Shown: positions 1-8,285 of the stretch, in pieces
Numbering within the stretch: the stretch's first letter is position 1
Layout of the letters: each line of letters starts with the position of its first letter
Assembly: GCA_964606485.1 (NCBI GenBank)
Contig: CAZSGP010000003.1
Span: forward strand, 130,481 to 194,480
DNA: 64,000 bases
Direction: 5' to 3'
Source of the DNA: an uncultured Planctomycetia bacterium
GTDB lineage: Bacteria; Omnitrophota; Gorgyraeia; 2-02-FULL-51-18
Position numbers and translations under genes: made by a program
The notes under the pieces: model-generated
The model's input: the letters and a program-made list of their open reading frames with translations, nothing else
Told to the model about the DNA's origin: nothing
The model's database searches: none

Positions 1-57
1 AAAGTCTATGGCATTGCGATTAAATTTTCGGAAGAAGGGGTAGATTAAAGCCTTAGC

Positions 58-558
58 TTAACCGCAGGTCATGCAGGCGCTGAGCGGAGTGTTGCTTCTT
101 GCGCTGACCGGATAGTTTTTGGCTTGCCACGCTTGAAAACCATTTTCCATAGCACGCGAATATTTGTAACCTAATTTTTTAAGTTTAAATACTAAAACGG
201 CGCTGGCCTGACAGCCATCGCTGCAATAAGTTACTATTTCCACGTCTTTCGGATACATTTTCATTGCCTGCTCAAGAAATGCGTCGCTCTCCGGGAGTTC
301 TTTTAAGCGCCCCTGCCGAAAAAGTTCTTCTTTTTCATAATATTCTGGTGCGTAGGGAAGGAGTGCGCCCGGAATGTGCCCCTCATAAAAACTTTTACTG
401 CTACGGGCGTCGAACAGAACAAAACGAACGTTGTTCAGTTGTTTGGTGTGAACAGTTTCCATAGAGACTAGCTCGTTCTCATAAAGACCTGCCCATTTCG
501 GCTGACGAGGCACCGCTGCTCCGGCATCCCCTAAAAACAGGGAAGCCGTGAAGAGCAT
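58..558 (-). CDS. Rhodanese-domain sulfurtransferase
   Basis: Rhodanese fold with a catalytic Cys loop, 'CSDGCQASAV'. The N-terminus is hydrophobic. Confidence 0.6.
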   Translation of the reverse strand: MLFTASLFLGDAGAAVPRQPKWAGLYENELVSMETVHTKQLNNVRFVLFDARSSKSFYEGHIPGALLPYAPEYYEKEELFRQGRLKELPESDAFLEQAMKMYPKDVEIVTYCSDGCQASAVLVFKLKKLGYKYSRAMENGFQAWQAKNYPVSARSNTPLSACMTCG

Positions 559-584
559 GAGCAGGGTGACAGATTTTAAAATAA

Positions 585-1865
585 CTACCGAACCTCAATA
601 ACTGCTTCGGGCTGAGAGTTCGCGTTGGCTACAAACGAATCGCTAGATTGATCACAGTCGCTGCCCGATGCATCCTTAACCGTGAGCACAACCCGGTAGT
701 TGCCGGGTTTTACGTAAGCATGCTCAGTCTTGATGCCTTCGGCGGACGTCCCATCACCAAAATCCCAGTGATAGTTTAAGTCGGATCCCGTTGACTTGGA
801 ACCGTCAAAAGACGTGTTCCTCCCGATGCAGCAAACGAGGTTTTCGCCCGCATTTGCGATTGGCGATTCGTAAACCCTCACGGTGGTTTTATCGGTGGCC
901 ACGGAACAGCTTGAGTCTTGGCCATTGTCTGCAGTCACCGTAACCGTATAATCCCCGCCCTTGGAGTAGGAATGGGTAGCGCTCGAGCCACCCTCTGAAA
1001 CAGCTCCGTCACCAAAATCCCAGCGGTATTTTGCGTTGCCGGTGCCGTTGGCATCAAAACGAATCGATTTGTTCGCGCAGATAGAGTTTCTAGTCTGCGT
1101 AAGCTTGATAGTGACTTTGTCTGTGATTTGCGCTTGTGTCGAAGCGGATGCGACCGAACACTCTGTCTTTTTCCCGTCATCCACGATCAGATGAACGCGA
1201 TAGTTTCCTGCCTTTTGATAAGCGTGGGATATTTGCACACCCTCACCCTTTTGGCCGTCCCCGAAATCCCAGGTAAAGTTCGCGGGACCTGAAGCTGTGG
1301 ATCTGGAAGCGGAAAATAAAGCTTCTTCGCTCACACAAGCCTTGACGGGTGCGCCTGCGTCCGCAGTCGGAGGAAAATTGGAATACACTTTCGTGTTCGC
1401 AACCCCATTGCCGCAGATTTCTCCCGAGCTATCTCTTACCGTCAACACAGCGTTGTATTCGCCAGCTTTGTCGTAACAGTGCCTGGTGACAGCTTGGTCG
1501 CTTGTTTGTCCATCTCCAAAATCCCAAGTGTAAGTGAGTTTTTGCTTGTCCTGATCATAGGACTTGGTACCGTCAAAAGTAAAACAGTTGCATTTGCCCA
1601 TCGAAGTTTGTGGTTCTTTTCTGATGACGGGGGCAGGGGCTTCTTGGGTATTTCCGCCGTAATCAAACGGACTCGTATAAGATCCGCGGCCGGAATGCTT
1701 ATAGTAATTATGAGGGTCGTTCGAGTGGCTGCTTTTATTGGTGTAGCCGTTCCCAGTCTCATCTTGGCCCACTGTCGCTGCCGACGCGTTGGCCCCAAAA
1801 GAAATCATTATAGCAATGGCCGTTACACCCAACCCAACTCTCATACTTTTTTTAAAAATAATCAT
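585..1865 (-). CDS. Secreted protein with four PKD-domain repeats
   Basis: Four repeats of the PKD signature 'W[DH]FGDG', for example 'YTWDFGDGQTS' and 'YHWDFGDGTSAEG'. An N-terminal signal peptide is present. Confidence 0.7.
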   Translation of the reverse strand: MIIFKKSMRVGLGVTAIAIMISFGANASAATVGQDETGNGYTNKSSHSNDPHNYYKHSGRGSYTSPFDYGGNTQEAPAPVIRKEPQTSMGKCNCFTFDGTKSYDQDKQKLTYTWDFGDGQTSDQAVTRHCYDKAGEYNAVLTVRDSSGEICGNGVANTKVYSNFPPTADAGAPVKACVSEEALFSASRSTASGPANFTWDFGDGQKGEGVQISHAYQKAGNYRVHLIVDDGKKTECSVASASTQAQITDKVTIKLTQTRNSICANKSIRFDANGTGNAKYRWDFGDGAVSEGGSSATHSYSKGGDYTVTVTADNGQDSSCSVATDKTTVRVYESPIANAGENLVCCIGRNTSFDGSKSTGSDLNYHWDFGDGTSAEGIKTEHAYVKPGNYRVVLTVKDASGSDCDQSSDSFVANANSQPEAVIEVR

Positions 1866-1981
1866 ACGAACCTCCCGTGGTCAAAAAAATATTTAAATAC
1901 TGTGCGTCCAAGATAACAGGTCATGCTTTGCCGCTAAATAAGGGGAATTACTATTTTTTTTATAGGGGCGACGCCTTATAT

Positions 1982-2007
1982 ATGCTTCCGGGATGCAGAC
2001 AGGGTTC
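1982..2007. repeat. Repeat family A, copy 1 (consensus 'ATGCTTCCGGGATGCATACTGGGTTC')
   Basis: 26/29 match to the copies at 3149, 4655 and 5487. It sits just upstream of the first cassette-like gene. Confidence 0.7.
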
Positions 2008-2038
2008 TGGTAGAATGGTCTGATCAACAGGAGACGCA

Positions 2039-2566
2039 ATGTTTAAAAAATTACTATTGAGTGTAATCACAGTTTTGATTTTGGTTGTAGCTTATGCAGC
2101 AACGAAGCCTTCGGAGTACATGGTGTTTCGGGAAGTTTCTATCAATGCACCAGCCGAAAAGATTTTTACACTGATCAACAATTCCCGTGAAACCGAGCGG
2201 TGGATGCCTTGGGCCGAGACCGATCCAAAAATGAAGATGAGCTATTCTGGTCCGGAGTCGGGAGTCGGATCGAAAGCCTCCTGGGAGAGTCCTGGGCAGA
2301 TGGGTGTCGGATCGTCGACGATTTCTGAAAGCGCTCCGAATCAGTCCGTGAAGTACAGTCTCGAATACACAAAGCCTTTTCAAATGAAACAGACAGCTGA
2401 GATATCGATTACCCCTTCAGGCGGCAAGAACGTTGTGCGTTGGTCGGTGTGGGGTCACAATAAATTATTCTGCCGTGTGGTTTGCCTATTTATGGATATG
2501 GATAAGATGGTGGGTGGAAGTTTTGAGCAGGGGTTGAATAAGCTTAAAGTTATTGCGGAGGGATAG
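2039..2566 (+). CDS. SRPBCC (polyketide cyclase/START-like) family protein with an N-terminal transmembrane helix
   Basis: Size and sequence pattern ('INAPAEKIF...W..W') fit the SRPBCC fold. The match is weak. Confidence 0.4.
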   Translation: MFKKLLLSVITVLILVVAYAATKPSEYMVFREVSINAPAEKIFTLINNSRETERWMPWAETDPKMKMSYSGPESGVGSKASWESPGQMGVGSSTISESAPNQSVKYSLEYTKPFQMKQTAEISITPSGGKNVVRWSVWGHNKLFCRVVCLFMDMDKMVGGSFEQGLNKLKVIAEG

Positions 2567-2567
2567 A

Positions 2568-2990
2568 ATGAACAATATGCTCAAAGAGTTTAGAGATTTT
2601 GCCGTCAAAGGGAACGTGATCGACATGGCGGTGGGTGTGATCATCGGCGCGTCGTTTGGAAAAATCGTAACATCGCTCGTGTCCGATGTGCTAATGCCTC
2701 CGATTGGCCGGATTGTCGGCGGGGCGGATTTTTCAAATTATTTTTTGCTTTTAGGCGAAGGTTCTTTTACGACGCCGGAAGCTGCCAAGGCTGCGGGTGT
2801 GGCGACGCTAAACTACGGCGTGTTCATTAATAATATTATCAATTTTTTAATCGTCGCTTTTTGCGTTTTTATGATGGTCAAGGCAATCAATATGGCCAAA
2901 AAGAAAGAAGCCGAAGCGCCAAAGCCCGCTCCGGTGACACCGCCGGATGTGCTGTTGTTACAGGAAATCCGAGATTTATTGAAAAAATAA
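2568..2990 (+). CDS. mscL: Large-conductance mechanosensitive channel MscL
   Basis: The N-terminus '[31 protein letters not shown]' is near-canonical for MscL. A GGAGGG ribosome-binding site precedes the ATG at 2568. Confidence 0.9.
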   Translation: MNNMLKEFRDFAVKGNVIDMAVGVIIGASFGKIVTSLVSDVLMPPIGRIVGGADFSNYFLLLGEGSFTTPEAAKAAGVATLNYGVFINNIINFLIVAFCVFMMVKAINMAKKKEAEAPKPAPVTPPDVLLLQEIRDLLKK

Positions 2991-3098
2991 TCCTTCAAGA
3001 TCACAAATTGTGACCAGTTCGCTTAATTCATTTTTCGTCAGTTGAAACAAAAAATCAGATGGAAAGCGGCCGCTATTTCTTTTAACTGCTTGGTTTAT

Positions 3099-3148
3099 TC
3101 CTCCCACTACACAAGACGTCAGACCCTTCGATTTTTACCAAAAATATT
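3099..3148. repeat. Repeat family D, copy 1 (50 bp)
   Basis: 49/50 identical to 5367..5416. At that second copy the reverse complement supplies the GGGAGG ribosome-binding site and 5'UTR of the ORF6N gene. Here no ORF follows, so it is an orphan copy. Confidence 0.8.
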
Positions 3149-3182
3149 GATTTTGTATGCTTCCGGGATGCATACTGGGTTC
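3149..3182. repeat. Repeat family A, copy 2 (34 bp 'GATTTTGTATGCTTCCGGGATGCATACTGGGTTC')
   Basis: Identical to 5487..5520. It is followed by the near-palindrome 'CAGATCCGGGATCTG'. Confidence 0.85.
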
Positions 3183-3247
3183 TAATTCAGATCCGGGATC
3201 TGAACTGGGTTTTGGTTTACCTATCACCACCTCAGGGCTGAAATTTT

Positions 3248-3436
3248 ATGGAAGTAGTACTTCTTATAGCGCTTTGCGTATTAGGATTGTACTTATTTTT
3301 TCTGCCCTCGATAATTGCTTATAACAAACAAAAGAAGAGGGCGGGTATGATTTTCTTGCTCAATTTTTTTGTTGGAGCAACAGGCGTTGGCTGGGTGGTT
3401 CTTCTAATTTGGTCTTGCGGAAACGATAGCAGCTGA
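3248..3436 (+). CDS. Superinfection-immunity-like small membrane protein (Imm_superinfect-like)
   Basis: 62 aa with two transmembrane helices. The motif 'AYNKQKKRAGMIFLLNFFVGATGVGWVVLLIWS' matches the Imm family consensus (A..R.H.N..IF.LN...G.TGIGW..ALIW). Confidence 0.6.
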   Translation: MEVVLLIALCVLGLYLFFLPSIIAYNKQKKRAGMIFLLNFFVGATGVGWVVLLIWSCGNDSS

Positions 3437-3518
3437 TTGGTGATTACGATATTTTTTAAGTTGTGTGTACCTGGACATCGGGAATATCCGATCCAGACTT
3501 GATGGAGAAAAATGCAGA

Positions 3519-3884
3519 ATGTCTAAATCTGTAACGACATATTGGAATCCGTTGATGCCGGATAAAGCGTCTTCCTGGACGCCCGTTAAGGGGCTTGAGG
3601 GAATTGCTGAAGAGTTGACCCTGAGCATGGATTCCGAATCTGGCGAGTATACCCGCTTAACTCGCTTTCTCCCTGGAGCCGATACCACTTCCTTTGGTGG
3701 AAAAACCCACAATTATCCTGAAGAAGTTTTTGTTGTGAGTGGGCGATTGTTTGACGTGGCTTTCGGCAAATGGCTTGAACAGGGACACTACGCTAGTCGT
3801 CCTCCCGGTGAAATCCACGGACCATTTAGGACGGATATTGGTTGTGTGGTTTTGGAAGTTTCTTTTCCGGGCAGGAAAGACTAA
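3519..3884 (+). CDS. Cupin-domain protein (ChrR-like cupin)
   Basis: A small beta-barrel-type sequence with a GGAGA ribosome-binding site before the ATG at 3519. The family assignment is tentative. Confidence 0.4.
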   Translation: MSKSVTTYWNPLMPDKASSWTPVKGLEGIAEELTLSMDSESGEYTRLTRFLPGADTTSFGGKTHNYPEEVFVVSGRLFDVAFGKWLEQGHYASRPPGEIHGPFRTDIGCVVLEVSFPGRKD

Positions 3885-3914
3885 GGGAATCAGGCGACCT
3901 GATATTTAATTCAG

Positions 3915-3940
3915 CAATTAAGTTATGTGTCCCTGGAATT
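3915..3940. repeat. Repeat family C, copy 1 ('AATTAAGTTATGTGTCCCTGGAATT')
   Basis: Recurs at 4754, 7095 and 7911. Its reverse complement resembles family A (TTCC[A]GGGA.CATA), so A and C behave as imperfect inverted partners. Confidence 0.8.
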
Positions 3941-4066
3941 CCCGGACGTGGTCCGGTAAAAACGGTAAAATGAGAAAATGGTAAAAAGGCAAACCGTAAG
4001 TATTGCTATTGGTAGCGGGCTCAGGTATACTTATTGTAGTTACAAATATGACTACAGGAGATACAC

Positions 4067-4354
4067 ATGACTTTAGCGACGGAGCTTCTTAGAGCCAGAC
4101 ATGTTGGGGTGAGGGATTTAAAAGCGCATCTGTCAGAAAGAATTAAGACCCGAAAGCCGCTCATTGTCACTGAGCATGGGGAGCCTAAACAGGTCATAAT
4201 TCCTTATGACGTGATTGTTGGAATCGCAGAAGTGCTGCAGGAGCTAGATGATAAGGAGCTCGTTAAAGCAGTGCGGCTTTCCCGCGCAGCCACAAAAAAA
4301 GGGAATGGCATTCCTGTAGAAATACTTTTTAACAAGATGAGATCTAAAAGGTAA
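4067..4354 (+). CDS. Type II antitoxin, Phd/YefM family
   Basis: 95 aa. The N-terminus ('VGVRDLKAHLSERI...PLIVTEHGEPKQVIIPYD') is Phd-like. It lies immediately upstream of a RelE-like toxin. Confidence 0.7.
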   Translation: MTLATELLRARHVGVRDLKAHLSERIKTRKPLIVTEHGEPKQVIIPYDVIVGIAEVLQELDDKELVKAVRLSRAATKKGNGIPVEILFNKMRSKR

Positions 4355-4357
4355 ATC

Positions 4358-4651
4358 TTGAACTACCGGGTTATTTTTGCTCATCCATCGATTAAAAGAA
4401 ATTTTGAAAAAACCCTCCTAACCGCTTCAGCGGAGCTTCGAGATGCAATCGTGCGCAGCGTCGTCAATTTGTCGAATAATCCACGGCCCCATGGGGTCAT
4501 AAAAATAAAACCCCCTTTGGATATTTATCATTCTTTGGCCGGATACCGTATTCGCATTCAAAACTACAGAGTGTTCTACGATATTGATGAAGAAAGAAAA
4601 ACTGTGTCAGTGATTGCTTTAAGAAGGCGCAATGAAGGCACTTATAAATAA
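4358..4651 (+). CDS. Type II toxin, RelE/ParE family
   Basis: 97 aa, overlapping or abutting the antitoxin. The C-terminus 'YRIRIQNYRVFYDIDEERKTVSVIALRRR' is typical of RelE/ParE. It probably starts with TTG. Confidence 0.7.
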   Translation: MNYRVIFAHPSIKRNFEKTLLTASAELRDAIVRSVVNLSNNPRPHGVIKIKPPLDIYHSLAGYRIRIQNYRVFYDIDEERKTVSVIALRRRNEGTYK

Positions 4652-4654
4652 CCG

Positions 4655-4682
4655 CTTGCTTCCGGGATGCATACTGGGTTCC
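4655..4682. repeat. Repeat family A, copy 3
   Basis: Starts 4 nt after the RelE stop codon. Together with the hairpin at 4697-4733 and C copy 2 it makes a compact ~126-bp element. Confidence 0.8.
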
Positions 4683-4696
4683 AATTCGGGTGCACG

Positions 4697-4733
4697 CAGA
4701 TCCCGGATCTGGCCTTTGAAGATCCGGGATCTT
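4697..4733. repeat. Perfect 13-bp inverted repeat hairpin (AGATCCCGGATCT-N9-AGATCCGGGATCT)
   Basis: Read directly from the sequence. It forms the centre of the A-C element. Confidence 0.85.
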
Positions 4734-4753
4734 CACGAGGTCGGTGTGGCCCG

Positions 4754-4780
4754 CTAAATTAAGTGTGTGTCCCCGGAATT
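4754..4780. repeat. Repeat family C, copy 2 (variant 'AATTAAGTGTGTGTCCCCGGAATT')
   Basis: ~22/25 match to the other C copies. Confidence 0.75.
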
Positions 4781-4832
4781 TCTGCGGAATTTCACGGAAT
4801 TTCAAAATCATCGCAGAGGCTTGAACCCATAA

Positions 4833-5360
4833 TTAGATCGCATGAAACCCGATTGACCTCTTAGGTTTTGGAGCGGGCGTTTCTAGCAGTTCCCGAATCG
4901 CTTCAAAAACTATCTTAAACTGCTTATCATGTTTTTCGTATTTTTGCTCAAGCTCTTCAATTTTTTGTCGAATTAGTTCATTGCTTGAGATCATTTCCCT
5001 TAACTTAGTAAACGTGCGCATAATTTGAATGTTGACTTGAATCGCGCGTCTACTATTTAAAACCGAAGACAACATTAGGATGCCGTGTTCGGTAAAAGCG
5101 TGTGGCAGGTATCTCTGACCGCCCCATCTTGAGGTTCCAATTTGGAACCTCAAGATTTCAGCCTCATCCTTAGAAAGCTTAAACATGAAATCCGCAGGAA
5201 ACCGGTCACGGTTTCGAGCTACAGCCTTATTTAGTTCCTTGGTTCTGACTCCATAAAGCTCAGCCAATTCCTTGTCGAGCATCACTTTCTTACCCCTGAT
5301 GATGTAGATTTTATTTTCCACAGCAACACCTGAAATTGGTCCAAATACCTGCTTAGTCAT
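4833..5360 (-). CDS. ORF6N-domain (KilA-N/antirepressor-like) protein
   Basis: The block 'IRGKKVMLDKELAELYGVRTKELNKAVARNRDRFPADFMF...RYLPHAFTEHGILMLSSVLNSRRAIQVNIQIMRTF' is a strong ORF6N signature. The ATG at 5358-5360 is preceded by GGGAGG, which lies inside repeat D. Confidence 0.85.
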   Translation of the reverse strand: MTKQVFGPISGVAVENKIYIIRGKKVMLDKELAELYGVRTKELNKAVARNRDRFPADFMFKLSKDEAEILRFQIGTSRWGGQRYLPHAFTEHGILMLSSVLNSRRAIQVNIQIMRTFTKLREMISSNELIRQKIEELEQKYEKHDKQFKIVFEAIRELLETPAPKPKRSIGFHAI

Positions 5361-5366
5361 AAATAA

Positions 5367-5416
5367 TCCTCCCACTACACAAGACGTCAGACCCCTCGAT
5401 TTTTACCAAAAATATT
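5367..5416. repeat. Repeat family D, copy 2
   Basis: Direct copy of 3099..3148. It contains the ORF6N ribosome-binding site and leader on the minus strand. Confidence 0.8.
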
Positions 5417-5486
5417 TTCAACATTTTTTAAACTCTTAACGTTTTGAGAGGGGAAGATGAGTTGGTGCACCTCAATCTCGGTAGTT

Positions 5487-5520
5487 GATTTTGTATGCTT
5501 CCGGGATGCATACTGGGTTC
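5487..5520. repeat. Repeat family A, copy 4
   Basis: 34/34 identical to 3149..3182. Confidence 0.85.
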
Positions 5521-5522
5521 AC

Positions 5523-5590
5523 GTGGTCCGGTCTACTCGGCCTTGCGGTCAGAGGAGCAAGTAGTCAGTTGGAGACTTGACCCCTTATTT
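5523..5590. repeat. Repeat family B, copy 1 (68 bp)
   Basis: 67/68 identical to 6857..6924. It contains an internal hairpin (CTACTCG...CAAGTAG). Confidence 0.9.
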
Positions 5591-5622
5591 ATTTGTATTT
5601 GCAGCATGAAAAAGGAGATAAA

Positions 5623-6012
5623 TTGAAAAAAACTATACCGTTTATACTAGTTATATTTGTTTGCCGGATGGGATGGGCGGAAAGTATCGTTTTTGAAGGT
5701 GCGCCGGATATCAAGGGTGTAAATACTCTGCAGGATGTATTTAATGAGCCGGTCAATGATGAGAACAAGAAAACTTCACGCCTAGTAATAACCAAGGAGA
5801 ATGGCCAATATATTTGGTTCTCTAGAGAAAAAAATAAGCTTCGATTTTATAAAGATGATAATTTTATATATTTTGTTCGGGAGGATAGACCGGATTATAT
5901 AAAAATTTCAAAGCCGCCCCAATCGGAAGGAAAATATATTTATATGGAACATATGTCCGATGGTATGAAGACGCTCACTTATTGGGGGAAATCCGATAAA
6001 TTAGAATTATAG
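5623..6012 (+). CDS. Hypothetical secreted protein (~129 aa)
   Basis: TTG start with an AAAGGAG ribosome-binding site 5 nt upstream. It has an N-terminal signal-like hydrophobic segment. No recognisable domain. Confidence 0.45.
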   Translation: MKKTIPFILVIFVCRMGWAESIVFEGAPDIKGVNTLQDVFNEPVNDENKKTSRLVITKENGQYIWFSREKNKLRFYKDDNFIYFVREDRPDYIKISKPPQSEGKYIYMEHMSDGMKTLTYWGKSDKLEL

Positions 6013-6091
6013 GCAGCGCAACGGGCAAGAAGTGGTTTATGTAAAACTCTTAAGAGAAGGGAGGTAAGGTCGAGCAAATCGACATAGTTTT

Positions 6092-6733
6092 ATGTCTCAA
6101 GAATATTTCGAAAAAATCAACGAAGCTCTTGAAATTCAGAAAAAATATTCAGCGCTAAAAATACCGGTTTTTGATCAGATTGGTTCTCAAAGCGCTTTAA
6201 GTCCCAATTTTTGGATTAAAGGACAAGCCCAGAACTACATTTTTGCGAGCACGCATTTATCTGGGCAGATTATCGAGGCTCTCCAAAAAGCACATCTTCA
6301 ACTTGCAGTTGTAGGAAGCAGAACGCTTTTTGAAATGGCAGTAAATGCGACTTATATTTACAATCATCCAAAAAAAAGAAAAAGACTTTCTCCAATTCAA
6401 ATGAGAGAAGTTTGTAAAAAAATTGTTTGGTTGGCAAATAAAAGGCGAGGACATGTAAATCATTCCAAAATCGAAGGAACTATCAAAAGTCGATTAGAAT
6501 CGATGGGAATGGGATCTTCATATAGAACTACCTACAGAGTTATGAGCGACTGGGCGCACTTACAATCACGGGCAATTCAGATTTCTGCAGATCCACAAAA
6601 GGCCACGAAATTTGGCATACAAATAGCAGAAGTTACCTTACGAGGCCTCCACAACACTTTCGATTCGATATGCACATATTTCAAGTACGCGCTTGATCCG
6701 GCGTTGGAGCAAGAGGTGATTGGCTTTAAGTAA
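6092..6733 (+). CDS. Hypothetical protein (213 aa), mostly helical by composition
   Basis: Clean ORF in the cassette region with no family recognised. The segment 'KRRGHVNH' loosely fits an R-x4-6-H (HEPN-like) motif, but this is very tentative. Confidence 0.4.
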   Translation: MSQEYFEKINEALEIQKKYSALKIPVFDQIGSQSALSPNFWIKGQAQNYIFASTHLSGQIIEALQKAHLQLAVVGSRTLFEMAVNATYIYNHPKKRKRLSPIQMREVCKKIVWLANKRRGHVNHSKIEGTIKSRLESMGMGSSYRTTYRVMSDWAHLQSRAIQISADPQKATKFGIQIAEVTLRGLHNTFDSICTYFKYALDPALEQEVIGFK

Positions 6734-6856
6734 GACGCTAGGTAACACCGATATCGAAAAGCGGGCGGCTTATAGAGCATATTTGATGCAACCTAGGCGA
6801 AATGAAATGCTACTGGAGATGAAAAGCTAACGTGTCCCCAAAAGGGCGTTTCGGAG

Positions 6857-6924
6857 GTGGTCCGGTCTACTCGGCCTTGCGGTCAGCGGAGCAAGTAGTC
6901 AGTTGGAGACTTGACCCCTTATTT
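6857..6924. repeat. Repeat family B, copy 2
   Basis: Direct repeat of 5523..5590. The two B copies bracket the two-gene module 5623-6733. Confidence 0.9.
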
Positions 6925-7094
6925 TCAAAAAACGAGCTGCAAAAATTGGCGCAAATGGTGTGTTGCTAACAACCACAGGAACTCAGACATCTGCGATGGC
7001 TGGTGGTTATGGGACTGGCGCGATGTGGGTTATACCAGTAAATGCTAAAGTTGTTAAGGGGACGGCAATTTTTGTAAGTGAGGAGTAGTGGTTT

Positions 7095-7120
7095 AAATTA
7101 AGTTATGTGTCCCTGGAATT
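7095..7120. repeat. Repeat family C, copy 3
   Basis: 25/25 match to copy 1. Confidence 0.85.
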
Positions 7121-7140
7121 ATGTGCCGAGGTTGACGAGG

Positions 7141-7809
7141 ATGTCAAATGTCAAAGACCAAACTTCCCCTTATTTTATGAACAAATGCATTAGGTTTGCG
7201 GTCGGAGCAAAAACAGGCCTAAAATCCTCAATATATAACATCACTGTCTGTAAAAATGATATTTACATCTCTGCAGGTATATTAACGAGAGAGACAAAGG
7301 TTAGCATTCATGAAAGCGGTTGTGGGCAATGGTCATACAGATCTGAGGTTTGGAAGGATCGGAAAAAGCCAAATAATGAAAGACATATAGTAAAATGGAA
7401 CTCCCTAATACCTACCGATCTAAAAGCAGTAAATGTTCTTCGAATACGAATACCACATACAACATTAACTCAATATTCTGCACCCTCATCAGAAGATAAG
7501 GTTAAATGGGTTTCCGGGTTACTGTCAGGAACATATCAATTTGATTTATGTCTAACACCACCATCTCAAACAGATCCAGCGCGAGACAGAAGTGACTTAC
7601 CACATGAAGTACTAGGTACATTACAATTGAATGACAAGCGGTGGTTGGTTGTATTTTACCAAGGAACCCCATCGTTAAGTATCCCGAAAGAAGATATCTT
7701 ACGAGAAATAGGAAATAAGGATATTAACCTTCAGGGAACGGGGGGTATGTGTCTTTTTGGTGCTAGTGATGATGGTGTCCCTGTAATGATTGAATGTGTA
7801 TTAAAATAA
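7141..7809 (+). CDS. Hypothetical protein (~222 aa)
   Basis: ORF with no recognisable domain, bracketed by C copies 3 and 4. Confidence 0.4.
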   Translation: MSNVKDQTSPYFMNKCIRFAVGAKTGLKSSIYNITVCKNDIYISAGILTRETKVSIHESGCGQWSYRSEVWKDRKKPNNERHIVKWNSLIPTDLKAVNVLRIRIPHTTLTQYSAPSSEDKVKWVSGLLSGTYQFDLCLTPPSQTDPARDRSDLPHEVLGTLQLNDKRWLVVFYQGTPSLSIPKEDILREIGNKDINLQGTGGMCLFGASDDGVPVMIECVLK

Positions 7810-7910
7810 GAGTTACACACATGACCTACACCAACAAAACACAACTAAAAAATAATGACCAAACCCCCTTTTAAATTCAGCAAAATCAGGGGACGCAATA
7901 CTCAATTCGA

Positions 7911-7936
7911 TAATTAAGTTATCTATTCCCCGGAAT
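7911..7936. repeat. Repeat family C, copy 4 (variant)
   Basis: The core 'TAATTAAGTTAT...CCCCGGAAT' matches. This copy is more diverged. Confidence 0.6.
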
Positions 7937-7980
7937 CCACGAAATTCATATTTGCACAGTACACGTTAATATGGTATTAT

Positions 7981-8277
7981 TTGACCGTGATCATCAGCTT
8001 TAAAGACCAGGCAACGGAAGACATTTTTAATGGAATATCTTCCAAGAAGGCTCTGAAGTTTCCTGTGGTTGTTTGGCAGGTGGGGAGTCGGAAGCTGGAC
8101 ATGATTAACGCGGCGCACGAACTAAAAGATCTTATGATTCCGCCCGGAAACCGCCTGGAAGCATTAAAAGGTGACTTGAAGGGATACCACAGCATTCGTA
8201 TTAATGAAAAATACAGGATTGTGTTTAAGTGGCTTGAGGCCAATGCATCTGAAGTCGAAATTAAAGATTACCACTAG
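7981..8277 (+). CDS. higB: HigB toxin (RelE/ParE superfamily, 'plasmid maintenance system killer')
   Basis: 98 aa. It is the HigB-type toxin of a HigB/HigA module and is encoded upstream of its antitoxin, as in higBA. The start codon (TTG or GTG) is uncertain. Confidence 0.7.
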   Translation: MTVIISFKDQATEDIFNGISSKKALKFPVVVWQVGSRKLDMINAAHELKDLMIPPGNRLEALKGDLKGYHSIRINEKYRIVFKWLEANASEVEIKDYH

Positions 8278-8285
8278 GGGGTAAA

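Noticed and set aside
935-1798. Minus- and plus-strand ORFs (935-1180, 1442-1798, 1479-1916) nested in the PKD-repeat gene
   Set aside because: They lie entirely inside a strongly supported 426-aa CDS with repeated W-DFGDG motifs. They have no ribosome-binding site and low-complexity translations, so they are frame-shadow ORFs.
2813-3004. 63-aa minus-strand ORF at the mscL 3' end, apparently downstream of repeat D1
   Set aside because: It overlaps mscL antisense and starts with GTG without a ribosome-binding site. Repeat D1 is an orphan leader copy, not a functional upstream region for this ORF.
1980-8000. CRISPR array interpretation of the recurring A/C repeats
   Set aside because: The repeats are of several unrelated families, irregularly spaced (100 bp to >1 kb), partly inverted relative to one another, and separated by protein-coding genes. 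There is no repeat-spacer periodicity and no cas genes.
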